DNA of 64,000 nt from an uncultured Actinomycetota bacterium (lineage in GTDB: Bacteria; Actinomycetota; Actinomycetes; Mycobacteriales; Mycobacteriaceae). Positions within the stretch are counted from its first letter, which is position 1, and the number at the start of each line of letters is the position of its first letter. Positions 40,895 to 52,805 of this stretch are shown here, one piece after another. The notes under the pieces are model-generated. The model made no database searches. It saw only the letters and a list, made by a program, of their open reading frames with translations, and had not been told where the DNA came from. A program made the translations under genes and the position numbers. The stretch lies in assembly GCA_963743145.1 (NCBI GenBank), contig CAVUOR010000002.1, forward strand, positions 43,022 to 107,021. The letters are read 5' to 3'.

Positions 40895-41143
40895 CTAGTC
40901 GTTGGTGCCGCGGTGTGCGGCCCGTTCCTGTGCCCGCTCGTCCGCTGCTTCCTGCTCCTCTGGTGTCACCACAATGGCATCAGGGCCGGGAACCACCGTC
41001 GCCACATGGCCGGTGGTGAGCCACCGCACCACGTAGGGAGGCGAGCCGTCAGCGGAGTGCACCTCCGTAATAAGCCCCCGCTGGTCCGAGCGCTCGGTTG
41101 TCGTGCCCTTGATCACCAACCAGTCGCCGACGTTGCCTTTCAT
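40895..41143 (-). CDS. DUF1918 domain protein
   Basis: MKGNVGDWLVIKG..RGLITEV..DGSPPYVVRW..PGPDA; AAGGAG RBS. Confidence 0.85.
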   Translation of the reverse strand: MKGNVGDWLVIKGTTTERSDQRGLITEVHSADGSPPYVVRWLTTGHVATVVPGPDAIVVTPEEQEAADERAQERAAHRGTND

Positions 41144-41274
41144 GACCGACTCCTTCCGCCACCCCTGTTTCGATTCTGCGCGCCTCCCAGGGTCGGCGGT
41201 ACCCCCGCCCGAGAGCATCTGGCCTCATAACCCCGAGGGCTGCGGGCAGTGATGGCTGCTGCAGGTTGGCCTGC

Positions 41275-41430
41275 CTAGGTCACCATCGCGGAGGTGGTCA
41301 TTGCCTCACCCCTGCGAGCGAGCGATCCATAGGCGGGGTCGCCGAACACATCGCGTAGGTGGGCGATCGCGGTATTGACTTTTGGGATAGTCGCTGCGGT
41401 GAGGCGACTGAACGCGAAACCGAGAATGGC
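41275..41430 (-). pseudogene. C-terminal remnant resembling mycobacterial cyclase/ATPase multidomain proteins
   Basis: GFAFS....VNTAIAHLRDVFGDPAYGSLARRGEAMTTSAMVT, recognised from memory only. Confidence 0.4.
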
Positions 41431-41594
41431 GGGGTGCTGCGATGAAGAACCCGATGACAGCATGCTGAAGTCCGGGTTCTTAAGCCCGACGGTCGATCCA
41501 TAAGCACAGCAAGCCACTGGGGACCGTCTTTGCGAATCAAGCCTTTTCGAGCCCCCCGTTGTTGCCCAGGGTCTAGGGCGACGGTGCGCTGTTC

Positions 41595-42707
41595 TTACGC
41601 GACCCCTAATGTCTCGACCAATCGATCACATGCCTCTCGAAGCCGTTTCGGATCGGCCTCCCGGCAGTCCTCATAGTTAAGTATCCGGAAATGCAGAGGC
41701 AGATCACAGGAGAGTGCGTAGATCGGAAAAAGCACTCCGCCACCACGATCACAGTCGAGCACCCGGGCCATGTTGTATTCGTCAAGGCAAACCTTCGACT
41801 CCCAGAAGCCCTCGGTCACGACGAGCACGACCTTGTTGCTGCTCTGAATTAGTTCGGCGATGCGCGGCTGCCAGTACGTGCCAACGTCAATGTCCACGAT
41901 GTCCACCAGCGTCCGCACCTTTGGTGCAACGGCGGAAATGTGCGAACAGATTTCGTCCACGGATGGGCGACCGTCAGCATGTGCGTAGCTGATGAACACC
42001 GACGGGTCGGGCTTGTTGCCCAATCTCGCTGGTGTGACATCCGTCGTCGCGGCATAATCGGCAGCAGAACCGGTTCTTTGAACGGTGCGGGCAAAGTCAT
42101 CAAAGGCGGTGATCGCGGGATCGTATGCGTCGCTGTAGTACACGACGATTCGCAGCCGATCCAACGGTAGACCGAACTCCATCCATCGTCCCGCAGCCGC
42201 CAAGATGGCCGTCAGCATTTCCTCGCGTGGCACACGCTGATTGCCGGAAGCGACAATTGGCATTACGACATCGCGGATCCCGGTATCCGGACCGACGAAC
42301 GGCACCAACGTTCGGAAGATGTCCCCGACGGTCGATGCCGCCGTCTGAGGCGTCGCAGGCTCGAAGCAAAGCAGGCGATCAAATCCGAACCTTCGTCCTG
42401 GTGGCATCTCGCGTGAAAGCCAGCAAGATGAGGTGGCCCGCAGATCGATCTCAGGGTCTGCGGCGAGTGCCGCCACGGACAGACCGCGATACGCCAACGC
42501 GCCAATGACAGACGGCGCGAACATGGTCAGTCGGCCTACATAGTCTGATTGATAGGCCGATACAACGAGCAAGTCGCATCCGTCACGCGGGGTCATCGCA
42601 GCGATATCCCCGACGCAAAGCTCGATACGCCCGCCACCTGGCAATGAGATTTCGCGGATCTTGTCCACACCTAACATTTTGCTTCTGGGGTGTTCGGTGG
42701 TCGCCAC
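41595..42707 (-). CDS. Macro-like N-terminal domain + C-terminal TIR domain protein
   Basis: IELCVGDI..DLLVVSA..MPIVASGNQ (macro-like); VFISYAHAD..ID.G.YW..I..S..FWESKVCLDEY (TIR). Confidence 0.8.
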   Translation of the reverse strand: MATTEHPRSKMLGVDKIREISLPGGGRIELCVGDIAAMTPRDGCDLLVVSAYQSDYVGRLTMFAPSVIGALAYRGLSVAALAADPEIDLRATSSCWLSREMPPGRRFGFDRLLCFEPATPQTAASTVGDIFRTLVPFVGPDTGIRDVVMPIVASGNQRVPREEMLTAILAAAGRWMEFGLPLDRLRIVVYYSDAYDPAITAFDDFARTVQRTGSAADYAATTDVTPARLGNKPDPSVFISYAHADGRPSVDEICSHISAVAPKVRTLVDIVDIDVGTYWQPRIAELIQSSNKVVLVVTEGFWESKVCLDEYNMARVLDCDRGGGVLFPIYALSCDLPLHFRILNYEDCREADPKRLREACDRLVETLGVA

Positions 42708-43124
42708 GGTGGATATCTCCCACGACCGAAGTCATCAAACGGTTGGTTCACCCGCGCCGTCAAAGCGGCGAAGGTACAGGCCATCACGCCGCACGATCTG
42801 CGGCACACCTGTGCGAGTCTCGCGGTCAGTGCCGGGGTGAATGTGCTCGCGCTGGCGCGAATGCTTGGACACAAAGACCCCAGCGTGACACTGCGGGTCT
42901 ACGCCGACCTATTCGACGACGATCTTGACGCCGTCGCGGTCACACTGCATACCCGTTACTCGCGCTCAAGTGTGGGCAAAGTGTGGGCACGTGCCGCCAG
43001 CGACGACCCGTCGCAGTCCAGCGAAAGCGGCACCACCAGTGCGAATACGCGAGATCTGTCGACTTCTGAGGAGTGCGGGCGGAGGGACTCGAACCCTCAC
43101 GCTCTTTCGAGCACCGGCACCTAA
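42700..43124 (+). pseudogene. Tyrosine integrase C-terminal remnant
   Basis: TPHDLRHT, MLGH and VYADLF catalytic motifs; N-terminal portion absent; abuts the tRNA att site. Confidence 0.88.
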
Positions 43125-43156
43125 AGCCGGCGCGTATTCCATTTCGCCACGCCCGC
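43074..43156 (-). tRNA. tRNA-Leu (anticodon TAG)
   Basis: GCGGGCG acceptor stem, CCGGC-TTTAGGT-GCCGG anticodon arm, long variable arm, GGTTCGAGTCC T-loop; CCA not encoded. Confidence 0.95.
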
Positions 43157-43249
43157 AAGCCTCACGAGCGTACCGCTACGTCCGCCAACTAATTCTGTCG
43201 GTTGTCACCCATATTCTGGGTTCGTCACGGCCGCGAAAGGAGCGCACAG

Positions 43250-43988
43250 GTGCGGTCTGTGGAGGAGTTCGAAGTCGTGCAGCTGCTCATCACAACCGGC
43301 ATGAAGGATTGCTCGATCGCGTGCCAAACGGGCATACCGCGAAGGACAGTTTGGGACTGGCGCTGCACCACCAATTCGAGCGAGGAATCCGAGTACATCA
43401 TCCGGCTGCGGAATAGATCATGACTTCTCGGGCCTACCCGCGCCTCCCTACTCTTATCTGCTCGGCCTCTATCTCGGCGATGGTTGCGTCTCACGGCAGC
43501 CCCGCGCGTGGCTACTAAGGATCGTGCTCGACGCCAAATACCCAGGCATCATTGACCGCTGCCGCAAAGCAATCGACGCCCTGATGCCCGGGCAGCGCGC
43601 GGGGACGGTACGCCGCTCCGACGGTTGTATCGAGGTCTGGCTGGCGTCGAAACACTGGCCGTGTCTGTTTCCGCAGCATGGTCCAGGCAAGAAGCATTTG
43701 AGGCCGATTCGACTGGAGCCATGGCAGGAAGTGCTTGTAAAAGCAGCCACCGAAGAATTCGTTCGCGGCCTGATCGATAGCGATGGCTGCCGCGTGGTCG
43801 CGAACGATCGTGGCCTCCGAAGCGTCCGCTATCACTTCTCCAACCGCTCAGACGATATCCGTTGGCTGTTCTGCGCGGCGCTCGACGATCTGGGAATTCC
43901 GTGGACGCGTCCGAGCAGATATCACGTCGCCGTCTATCGCAAGGCCGCGGTGGCGCGACTCGACGAATTCGTCGGACCGAAAGCGTGA
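43250..43988 (+). CDS. HTH + double LAGLIDADG-like endonuclease/regulator (frameshift near 43368)
   Basis: AAGGAG RBS; HTH (IACQTGIPRRTVWDW); YLLGLYLGDG and FVRGLIDSDG motifs. Confidence 0.75.
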
Positions 43989-44026
43989 TGAGCCGCCCGC
44001 TGACTACCGCGGAGTACCTTCTAAGG

Positions 44027-44408
44027 GTGTCCACTACGCGTCGTCGGAGACCAGCGCTCATTGCGTTGGTGATCCTCGCGGCTGCCGGTTGCCTGGCCTT
44101 GGGCTGGTGGCAGTGGACACGCTTTCAGTCGACATCCGGCAGCTTTTCAGAATCTCGGCTATGCGTTGCAGTGGCCGCTGTTCGCCGGATTCTGTGTGTA
44201 CGCCTACCGCAAGTTCGTCCGCTACGAGGAGGCACCGCCTGAGCCGCGCAAGGACCATGGCATGACCGAGCTGCCGGACGGCCTGCTACCCGAGCGACCC
44301 AAGCCCGCACAGCAGAAACCCGACGATCCAGCGCTGCGCGAGTACAACGCCTACCTAGCCGAACTGGCCAAGGCCGATGCCGAAAGACAGGACAGGACCA
44401 ACGCATGA
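44027..44408 (+). CDS. lprD: LprD-like protein (frameshift near 44145)
   Basis: VSTTRRRRPALI..GCLALGWWQW..QNLGYALQWPLF..YNAYLAEL; synteny with the DUF3817 gene. Confidence 0.75.
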
Positions 44409-44758
44409 CCAGACCCGAGACGCCGGAAGCGCAGTCCGCCGCCCCCGTCGATAAGGTCCGCACCGCGCTGTTGGGCTACCGCGTGATGGCCTGGGCGACA
44501 GGTATTTGGCTCATCGCGCTGTGCTACGAGATCGTGGTCCACTACGTGGTCAAGGTGAACAATCCGCCGACCTGGATTGGAGTCGTGCACGGGTGGGTGT
44601 ACTTCACGTACGTGCTGGCGGCCTTCAATCTTGCTGTCAGAGTCCGCTGGCCAATCCTCAAGACAATCGGCGTGCTGCTGGCCGGAACCATCCCGCTGCT
44701 GGGCATCATCGTCGAGCATTTCCAGACCCGAAATGTGAAGACGCGCTTTAACTTGTAA
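44405..44758 (+). CDS. DUF3817 membrane protein
   Basis: YRVMAWATG, HGWVY, AGTIP. Confidence 0.85.
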   Translation: MTRPETPEAQSAAPVDKVRTALLGYRVMAWATGIWLIALCYEIVVHYVVKVNNPPTWIGVVHGWVYFTYVLAAFNLAVRVRWPILKTIGVLLAGTIPLLGIIVEHFQTRNVKTRFNL

Positions 44759-44830
44759 GCCCGAGGTGAAGCCAGACGCACGCTCGTGGACGAATGTGAA
44801 GCTGGTTTCACACTCGGCGGTCCGATTGCG

Positions 44831-45433
44831 TCAATCCGCGAACGCTCGCAGGGCAGGCAGCAACAACGCAAGCGCGCGACCGCGATGCGATGCTGCGTCT
44901 TTTTCCGCCCACGTCAGCTGCGCGGCGGTGCGATTCGAGCCGTCCGGTACGAACACCGGGTCGTAGCCGAAGCCCGCGTCGCCACGCGGCTCTCGCGCGA
45001 TGGAGCCCCGCCACTCGCCACGAACGACTACCTCACCCAACTCTGACACCAGCGCGCACGCCGACACGAATGCCGCGCCACGTCGCTCATCGGGTACGTC
45101 ACGCAACTGGGCCAACAACAGAGCGGTGTTGGCGGCGTCGTCGCCGTGCACACCCGACCATCGCGCCGACAACACGCCGGGCATGCCGTTGAGCGCGGCC
45201 ACCTCCAACCCGGAGTCGTCGGCGACGGTCGGAAACCCGGTCGCGGCGAACCCGTCGCGGGCCTTGGCCACAGCGTTGTCCTCAAAGGTCGCACCGGTTT
45301 CCGGCGCTTCGTCGAACGCCAGCACGTCGTCGAGCGACACCAAGATCAGCCCCGACACGGCGGCCGCGTCCAACACCCGGCGCAGCTCGGCCAGCTTCTT
45401 GCGGTTGCGGCTGGCGACCAGCAGGCGGGTCAA
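44831..45433 (-). CDS. rdgB: Non-canonical purine NTP pyrophosphatase
   Basis: ASRNRKKLAE, ADDSGL, GFGYDPVF, SHRG. Confidence 0.95.
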   Translation of the reverse strand: MTRLLVASRNRKKLAELRRVLDAAAVSGLILVSLDDVLAFDEAPETGATFEDNAVAKARDGFAATGFPTVADDSGLEVAALNGMPGVLSARWSGVHGDDAANTALLLAQLRDVPDERRGAAFVSACALVSELGEVVVRGEWRGSIAREPRGDAGFGYDPVFVPDGSNRTAAQLTWAEKDAASHRGRALALLLPALRAFAD

Positions 45434-45608
45434 CAGTTACCCCGAAACATCACATGCCGATCTTGTAGCTGTCCGTGTACGGCCATTCTGTCCGATCTTC
45501 ACGGTTCCGGGTGGCGCGCAAGCACAACCGGGCAGTCCATACCGTAAGTCGAATATCAGTAGAATTCCCGATTCGCACCAAGCTGCCGGCGCGGACAATC
45601 CGAGGTTT

Positions 45609-45857
45609 ATGAAGCAACTAACCGCAGGGTGGGCCGTTGCCATGCTGGTGACCGGCGGCTTAGGGCTGACTGGTCTGGGTGAAGGCATCGCCCAGGCTGC
45701 CCCCGGCATCACGCAGCTTGTTTGGCAGATGGATGATCCGGATGATCCGCCTCCTCCAGAACCGCCACCGCCACCCCCGCCGCCACCACCTCCGCCAGCA
45801 CCGTGCCCCTTCATTCTTCCCTTCATCGGGCCGGGACCGCAGTGCGGAGGGCTCTAA
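45609..45857 (+). CDS. Small secreted proline-rich protein
   Basis: GAGG RBS, signal peptide ending AQA-AP, poly-Pro run, terminal Cys pair. Confidence 0.65.
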   Translation: MKQLTAGWAVAMLVTGGLGLTGLGEGIAQAAPGITQLVWQMDDPDDPPPPEPPPPPPPPPPPPAPCPFILPFIGPGPQCGGL

Positions 45858-45962
45858 GTAGCGGGCAGGGCGCCCGGGCCCTAGGTGATTGGGCCTACGC
45901 CGTTGCGGACGTCGGCAAGTAGGCAGACGGGTAGCCGATCCGGCTGGCGACCAACAGGCGGG

Positions 45963-46742
45963 TCAGCTTCCGAACGCCTTCTGCGGCGTCGGCCCTTCGG
46001 GCAACACACCAGGATACGGCGACGCCAACGCCTCTTGCTGCGTCGCGAAGAGCTTCTCGCAGGCGCCCTGCGCGGCATCGAGCATTTTGTCCAGCGTCGA
46101 TCGCGGGAACGTCGCGCCTTCGGCGGTCCCTTGGACTTCGACCAGTGTCCCGGTGTCGGTGGCGACGACGTTCATGTCGACCTCGGCGCGGGCGTCTTCC
46201 TCGTAGGGCAGATCGACCCGCACTCGGCCGTCGACCACGCCGACGCTGACTGCCGCGATCGCACACGACAGCGGCCGCGGATCGGACAGCTTGCCGGCCG
46301 CCGATAGGTACGTCACCGCGTCGGCCAACGCGACGTAGGCACCGGTGATCGCCGCGGTGCGGGTGCCGCCATCGGCCTGCAGAACATCGCAGTCGATTGC
46401 AATGGTGTTCTCCCCCAACGCCGCAAGGTCGATGCAGGCCCGCAACGACCTGCCGATCAGCCGGCTGATCTCCTGCGTACGGCCAGACAGACGGCCCTTC
46501 ACCGATTCCCGGTCTCCGCGAGTGTGAGTGGCTGAGGGCAGCATCGCGTATTCGGCGGTGACCCAGCCCAACCCTGAGCCTTTGCGCCAACGAGGCACGC
46601 CCTCGGTGACGCTTGCCGTGCACATGACTTTGGTGTGGCCGAACTCGATCAGCACCGAGCCCGCCGGGTGCGATGTGAATCCGCGGGTGATGACGACCGG
46701 TCGAAGCTCGTCGTCGAGGCGGCCGTCTTCTCGTTTTGACAC
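45963..46742 (-). CDS. rph: Ribonuclease PH
   Basis: [39 protein letters not shown]. Confidence 0.97.
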   Translation of the reverse strand: MSKREDGRLDDELRPVVITRGFTSHPAGSVLIEFGHTKVMCTASVTEGVPRWRKGSGLGWVTAEYAMLPSATHTRGDRESVKGRLSGRTQEISRLIGRSLRACIDLAALGENTIAIDCDVLQADGGTRTAAITGAYVALADAVTYLSAAGKLSDPRPLSCAIAAVSVGVVDGRVRVDLPYEEDARAEVDMNVVATDTGTLVEVQGTAEGATFPRSTLDKMLDAAQGACEKLFATQQEALASPYPGVLPEGPTPQKAFGS

Positions 46743-46772
46743 GCCGCCAACCCTAGCGCGCGTGTACCAGGT

Positions 46773-47540
46773 TCAGGAGCGGCCGACGTTGAACGTCTCG
46801 CCGCACACCACGGCGTGCACCGGGCCGCCGAATTCGGCTTTGGCCTCGCTGATCACGTCCTCGCGCGAAGTCCACGGCGGAATGTGGGTGAGCAACAGCT
46901 CCCCCACCCCGGCTGCGGTCGCGATCCTGCCCGCCTCGGTACCCGACAGGTGCAGGTCCCGCGGATGGTCGGGCGAGTGAGTCCACGACGCCTCGCACAA
47001 AAAGACGTCGGCGCCGCGGGCCAGCTCGATGACATTTTCGCAGAAGCCAGTGTCACCGCTGTACACGAACGTCGCGCCTTCGGGATCGGTGACGCGTAGG
47101 CCAAACGACTCGGTCGGATGACACACCAGCCGCGGCAAAACTGTCAGGGCCCCCACTTTGACGGCCTCACCGTCGACCCAATGCCGGATGTCGAAGATGT
47201 CGGAGAAATCGTCGATCTCGCCGCCGTACGGCGACGACGCCGCGCCAAGCCGCGACCAGGTGTCGCTCGGGCCGTACATCAGCGCCTTGCCGGTGGGCTG
47301 CGACGGGTGATAGCGGCGCCAGACGAATAACCCGGGTAGGTCGAGGCAGTGATCGGCGTGCAGATGCGACAACAACACGTGGACCGAACCCGGGTCGGCG
47401 TGTCGCTGCAGCGCGCCCAACACGCCTCCACCGAAGTCGATAACCATTGGCTCAGTGTCTGGTGCTCTCAGCAGATAACCCGATGCGGGCGAGTCCGGGC
47501 CGACAACGCTCCCGGAGCAGCCCAGCACGGTTATTCGCAC
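46773..47540 (-). CDS. MBL-fold cyclic-nucleotide phosphodiesterase (Rv1339-like)
   Basis: VLGCSGS, SHLHADH, YSGDTG, LTHIPP; lies between murI and rph. Confidence 0.88.
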   Translation of the reverse strand: MRITVLGCSGSVVGPDSPASGYLLRAPDTEPMVIDFGGGVLGALQRHADPGSVHVLLSHLHADHCLDLPGLFVWRRYHPSQPTGKALMYGPSDTWSRLGAASSPYGGEIDDFSDIFDIRHWVDGEAVKVGALTVLPRLVCHPTESFGLRVTDPEGATFVYSGDTGFCENVIELARGADVFLCEASWTHSPDHPRDLHLSGTEAGRIATAAGVGELLLTHIPPWTSREDVISEAKAEFGGPVHAVVCGETFNVGRS

Positions 47541-47607
47541 GGTCACTACTGTGCCATGCCCAAGACCGTGTTGGTGAAAACATCTCCGCTTTGCTATGCG
47601 AAGGCAA

Positions 47608-48441
47608 TCACCTGGACGCTGCGATGTGACGATGGATGGGGTGGACGCCGGTGATCGCGGGTCCCAGAAACCGCGCCGCGAGGCCCAGAAACGCCTCTGG
47701 GTCACCGGTGGCTTCGAACACCCGCAGCGGCGGGGAGGTATCGGGACGATCGGGATGTGGATGCAGCAGTTCAGCCTCGGTGAGCACCCGCAACAGCTCC
47801 TTCGCCGTCTCCTCGGCGCTGGAGACCAGCGTGACGGCGTCGCCCATTGCCAGCTGGATCAACCCGGAGAGCAGCGGATAGTGGGTACAGCCCAGCACCA
47901 GCGTGTCAACGTCAGCGCGTTGCAGCGGCTCGAGGTAGCCCTCGGCCAGCCCCAGGACCTGCCGGCCACTGGTGATGCCGCGCTCAACGAAATCGACGAA
48001 CCGTGGACAGGCCACCGCGGTGATCTGCGTGTCACGGGCGGCGGCGAACGCGTCCTGGTAGGCGCCCGATGCGACGGTCGCCTGCGTGCCGATCACGCCG
48101 ATGCGGCCGTTGCGGGTGGTGGCGACCGCGCGACGCACCGCGGGCAGGATCACCTCAACGACGGGCACGCCGTATCGCTCCCGCGCGTCGTGCAGGCAGG
48201 CTGAGGACGCCGAATTGCAGGCGATCACCAATGCCTTGACGCCGCGCTCGACGAGGTTGTCGCCGATAGCCAATGCGTGCGCGCGGATCTCAGGGATCGT
48301 CAGCGGACCGTAGGGACCGTTGCCGGTATCGCCGACGTAGATGATGTCCTCGTCGGGCAGTTGGTCGATGATGGCGCGCGCGACCGTCAGGCCGCCGACA
48401 CCAGAATCGAACACCCCGATCGGTGCCAACTCGTCACTCAT
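47608..48441 (-). CDS. murI: Glutamate racemase
   Basis: [24 protein letters not shown]. Confidence 0.97.
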   Translation of the reverse strand: MSDELAPIGVFDSGVGGLTVARAIIDQLPDEDIIYVGDTGNGPYGPLTIPEIRAHALAIGDNLVERGVKALVIACNSASSACLHDARERYGVPVVEVILPAVRRAVATTRNGRIGVIGTQATVASGAYQDAFAAARDTQITAVACPRFVDFVERGITSGRQVLGLAEGYLEPLQRADVDTLVLGCTHYPLLSGLIQLAMGDAVTLVSSAEETAKELLRVLTEAELLHPHPDRPDTSPPLRVFEATGDPEAFLGLAARFLGPAITGVHPIHRHIAASR

Positions 48442-48447
48442 CTCGGC

Positions 48448-51084
<2,637 letters not shown>

Positions 51085-51108
51085 CTGGGGACCCGGATAC
51101 CCTCGGTC

Positions 51109-51411
51109 TCAGCGGTCCTGCTGCATGGTGGCCCACAATCCGGCCGCGTGCAGCTTGGACACGTCGGTCTCCATGGCTTCCCGGCTGCCCGACGACACCA
51201 CCGCCTTACCTTCGTTGTGGACTTGCAGCATCAACTTGGTGGCCTGCGGCTCGCTGTAGCCGAACAGCTTCTGGAAAACGTAGGTCACGTAGTTCATCAG
51301 GTTGACCGGATCGTCCCACACGATGGTCACCCAGGGAGCGGCCGTGGTCTCGACCGAGTCGGCTTCCCGTTGCCCGGTGGTTCCCGGCTTTGTCGGGGCT
51401 GACGCAACCAT
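51109..51411 (-). CDS. clpS: ATP-dependent Clp protease adaptor ClpS
   Basis: [25 protein letters not shown]. Confidence 0.95.
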   Translation of the reverse strand: MVASAPTKPGTTGQREADSVETTAAPWVTIVWDDPVNLMNYVTYVFQKLFGYSEPQATKLMLQVHNEGKAVVSSGSREAMETDVSKLHAAGLWATMQQDR

Positions 51412-51459
51412 GGGTTCTAGGATACCGAGCCTTCGCAGCTCACCCGATACCGTTGGGGT

Positions 51460-52785
51460 GTGAACGAGTCGGTTTGGGCCGGGCTGCTGACCGACAGGTA
51501 CGAGTTGACGATGCTGGCGGCGGCGCTGCGGGACGGCACCGCGGGTCGTCGGACCACCTTCGAGCTGTTCGCCCGGCGGCTACCCGACGGGCGTCGGTAC
51601 GGCGTAGTGGCCGGGACGGGTCGGTTTTTGGAAGCCTTGCCGGAGTTCAGGTTCGACGACACCGCGTGCGAGTCGCTGGCTGAGTTCCTCGACCGCGACA
51701 CGTTGGCGTACCTGCGCGACTTTCGCTTTGGCGGTGATGTCGACGGCTACGCCGAGGGAGAGCTGTACTTCCCTGGGTCCCCGGTGCTTTCGGTGCACGG
51801 CAGCTTCGCTGAGTGCGTGGTGCTCGAGACTCTGGCCCTGTCGATCTTCAACCACGACAGCGCCGTAGCTTCGGCAGCCGCGCGGATGGTCAGCGCGGCC
51901 GCGGGGCGCCCGCTGATCGAAATGGGCTCCCGACGCACCCATGAGCGCGCCGCAGTCGCCGCGGCCCGTGCTGCCTACATCGCCGGCTTCGCTGCGTCGT
52001 CCAATCTGGAGGCCCACCGTCGCTACGGTGTGCCGACCGAAGGCACCAGTGCGCACGCGTTCACCCTGTTGCACACCCGGCCCGACAAGCCCGACGAGCT
52101 GGCCGCGTTCGCCGCCCAGGTCGACGCACTCGGTCCGGGCACGACGCTGCTGGTGGACACCTACGACGTGACGACCGGTGTGGCCAACGCGGTGGCCGCC
52201 GCAGGTACCGGGCTTGGCGCGGTGCGTATCGACTCCGGCGACTTGGGCGTGCTGGCCCGTCAGGTCCGCGAGCAGCTCGACCGGCTGGGCGCGACGCAGA
52301 CCCGAATCGTCGTCTCGGGTGACCTCGACGAATTCGCCATTGCCGCACTGCGGGCCGAACCTGTGGACAGCTACGGGGTCGGTACGTCGCTGGTCACCGG
52401 CTCGGGAGCACCGACCGCGAACATGATCTACAAGCTGGTCGAGGTGGACGGCACGCCCGTCGAGAAGCGCAGCACCCACAAGGAGTCCCACGGCGGCCGC
52501 AAAGAGGCGCTACGGCTGTCTCGTCCGACCGGCACGATCACCGAGGAGATCGTGCATCCTGCCGGGCATCCGCCCCCGACCACTGAGCCATCCCGAGCGT
52601 TGACGATCCCGCTGGTGCGCCACGGCGAGGCGGTAGTCGGCTCGGATTTGGGCGTGGCACGCAAGCTGGTGGCATCGGGCTTGCGAAGCTTGCCGTGGGA
52701 GGGTCTGATGTTGTCGCACGGCGACCCGGCGATTCCCACCATGCAGATCCCGGCCGGACGCCGGCCAATCGACCAACAGGAGTAG
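51460..52785 (+). CDS. pncB: Nicotinate phosphoribosyltransferase
   Basis: [30 protein letters not shown]. Confidence 0.95.
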   Translation: MNESVWAGLLTDRYELTMLAAALRDGTAGRRTTFELFARRLPDGRRYGVVAGTGRFLEALPEFRFDDTACESLAEFLDRDTLAYLRDFRFGGDVDGYAEGELYFPGSPVLSVHGSFAECVVLETLALSIFNHDSAVASAAARMVSAAAGRPLIEMGSRRTHERAAVAAARAAYIAGFAASSNLEAHRRYGVPTEGTSAHAFTLLHTRPDKPDELAAFAAQVDALGPGTTLLVDTYDVTTGVANAVAAAGTGLGAVRIDSGDLGVLARQVREQLDRLGATQTRIVVSGDLDEFAIAALRAEPVDSYGVGTSLVTGSGAPTANMIYKLVEVDGTPVEKRSTHKESHGGRKEALRLSRPTGTITEEIVHPAGHPPPTTEPSRALTIPLVRHGEAVVGSDLGVARKLVASGLRSLPWEGLMLSHGDPAIPTMQIPAGRRPIDQQE

Positions 52786-52805
52786 CCACGCCCGAAGACT
52801 TGCCG

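Larger units (their letters stand above)
28503..43097. mobile_element. Degenerate integrative genomic island (~14.6 kb) in tRNA-Leu(TAG)
   Basis: 25-bp flanking direct repeat, tyrosine-integrase remnant next to the tRNA, mosaic cargo and several gene fragments. Confidence 0.88.

Noticed and set aside
28503-43097. Prophage interpretation of the island
   Set aside because: No capsid, terminase, tail, replication or conjugation genes were recognised.
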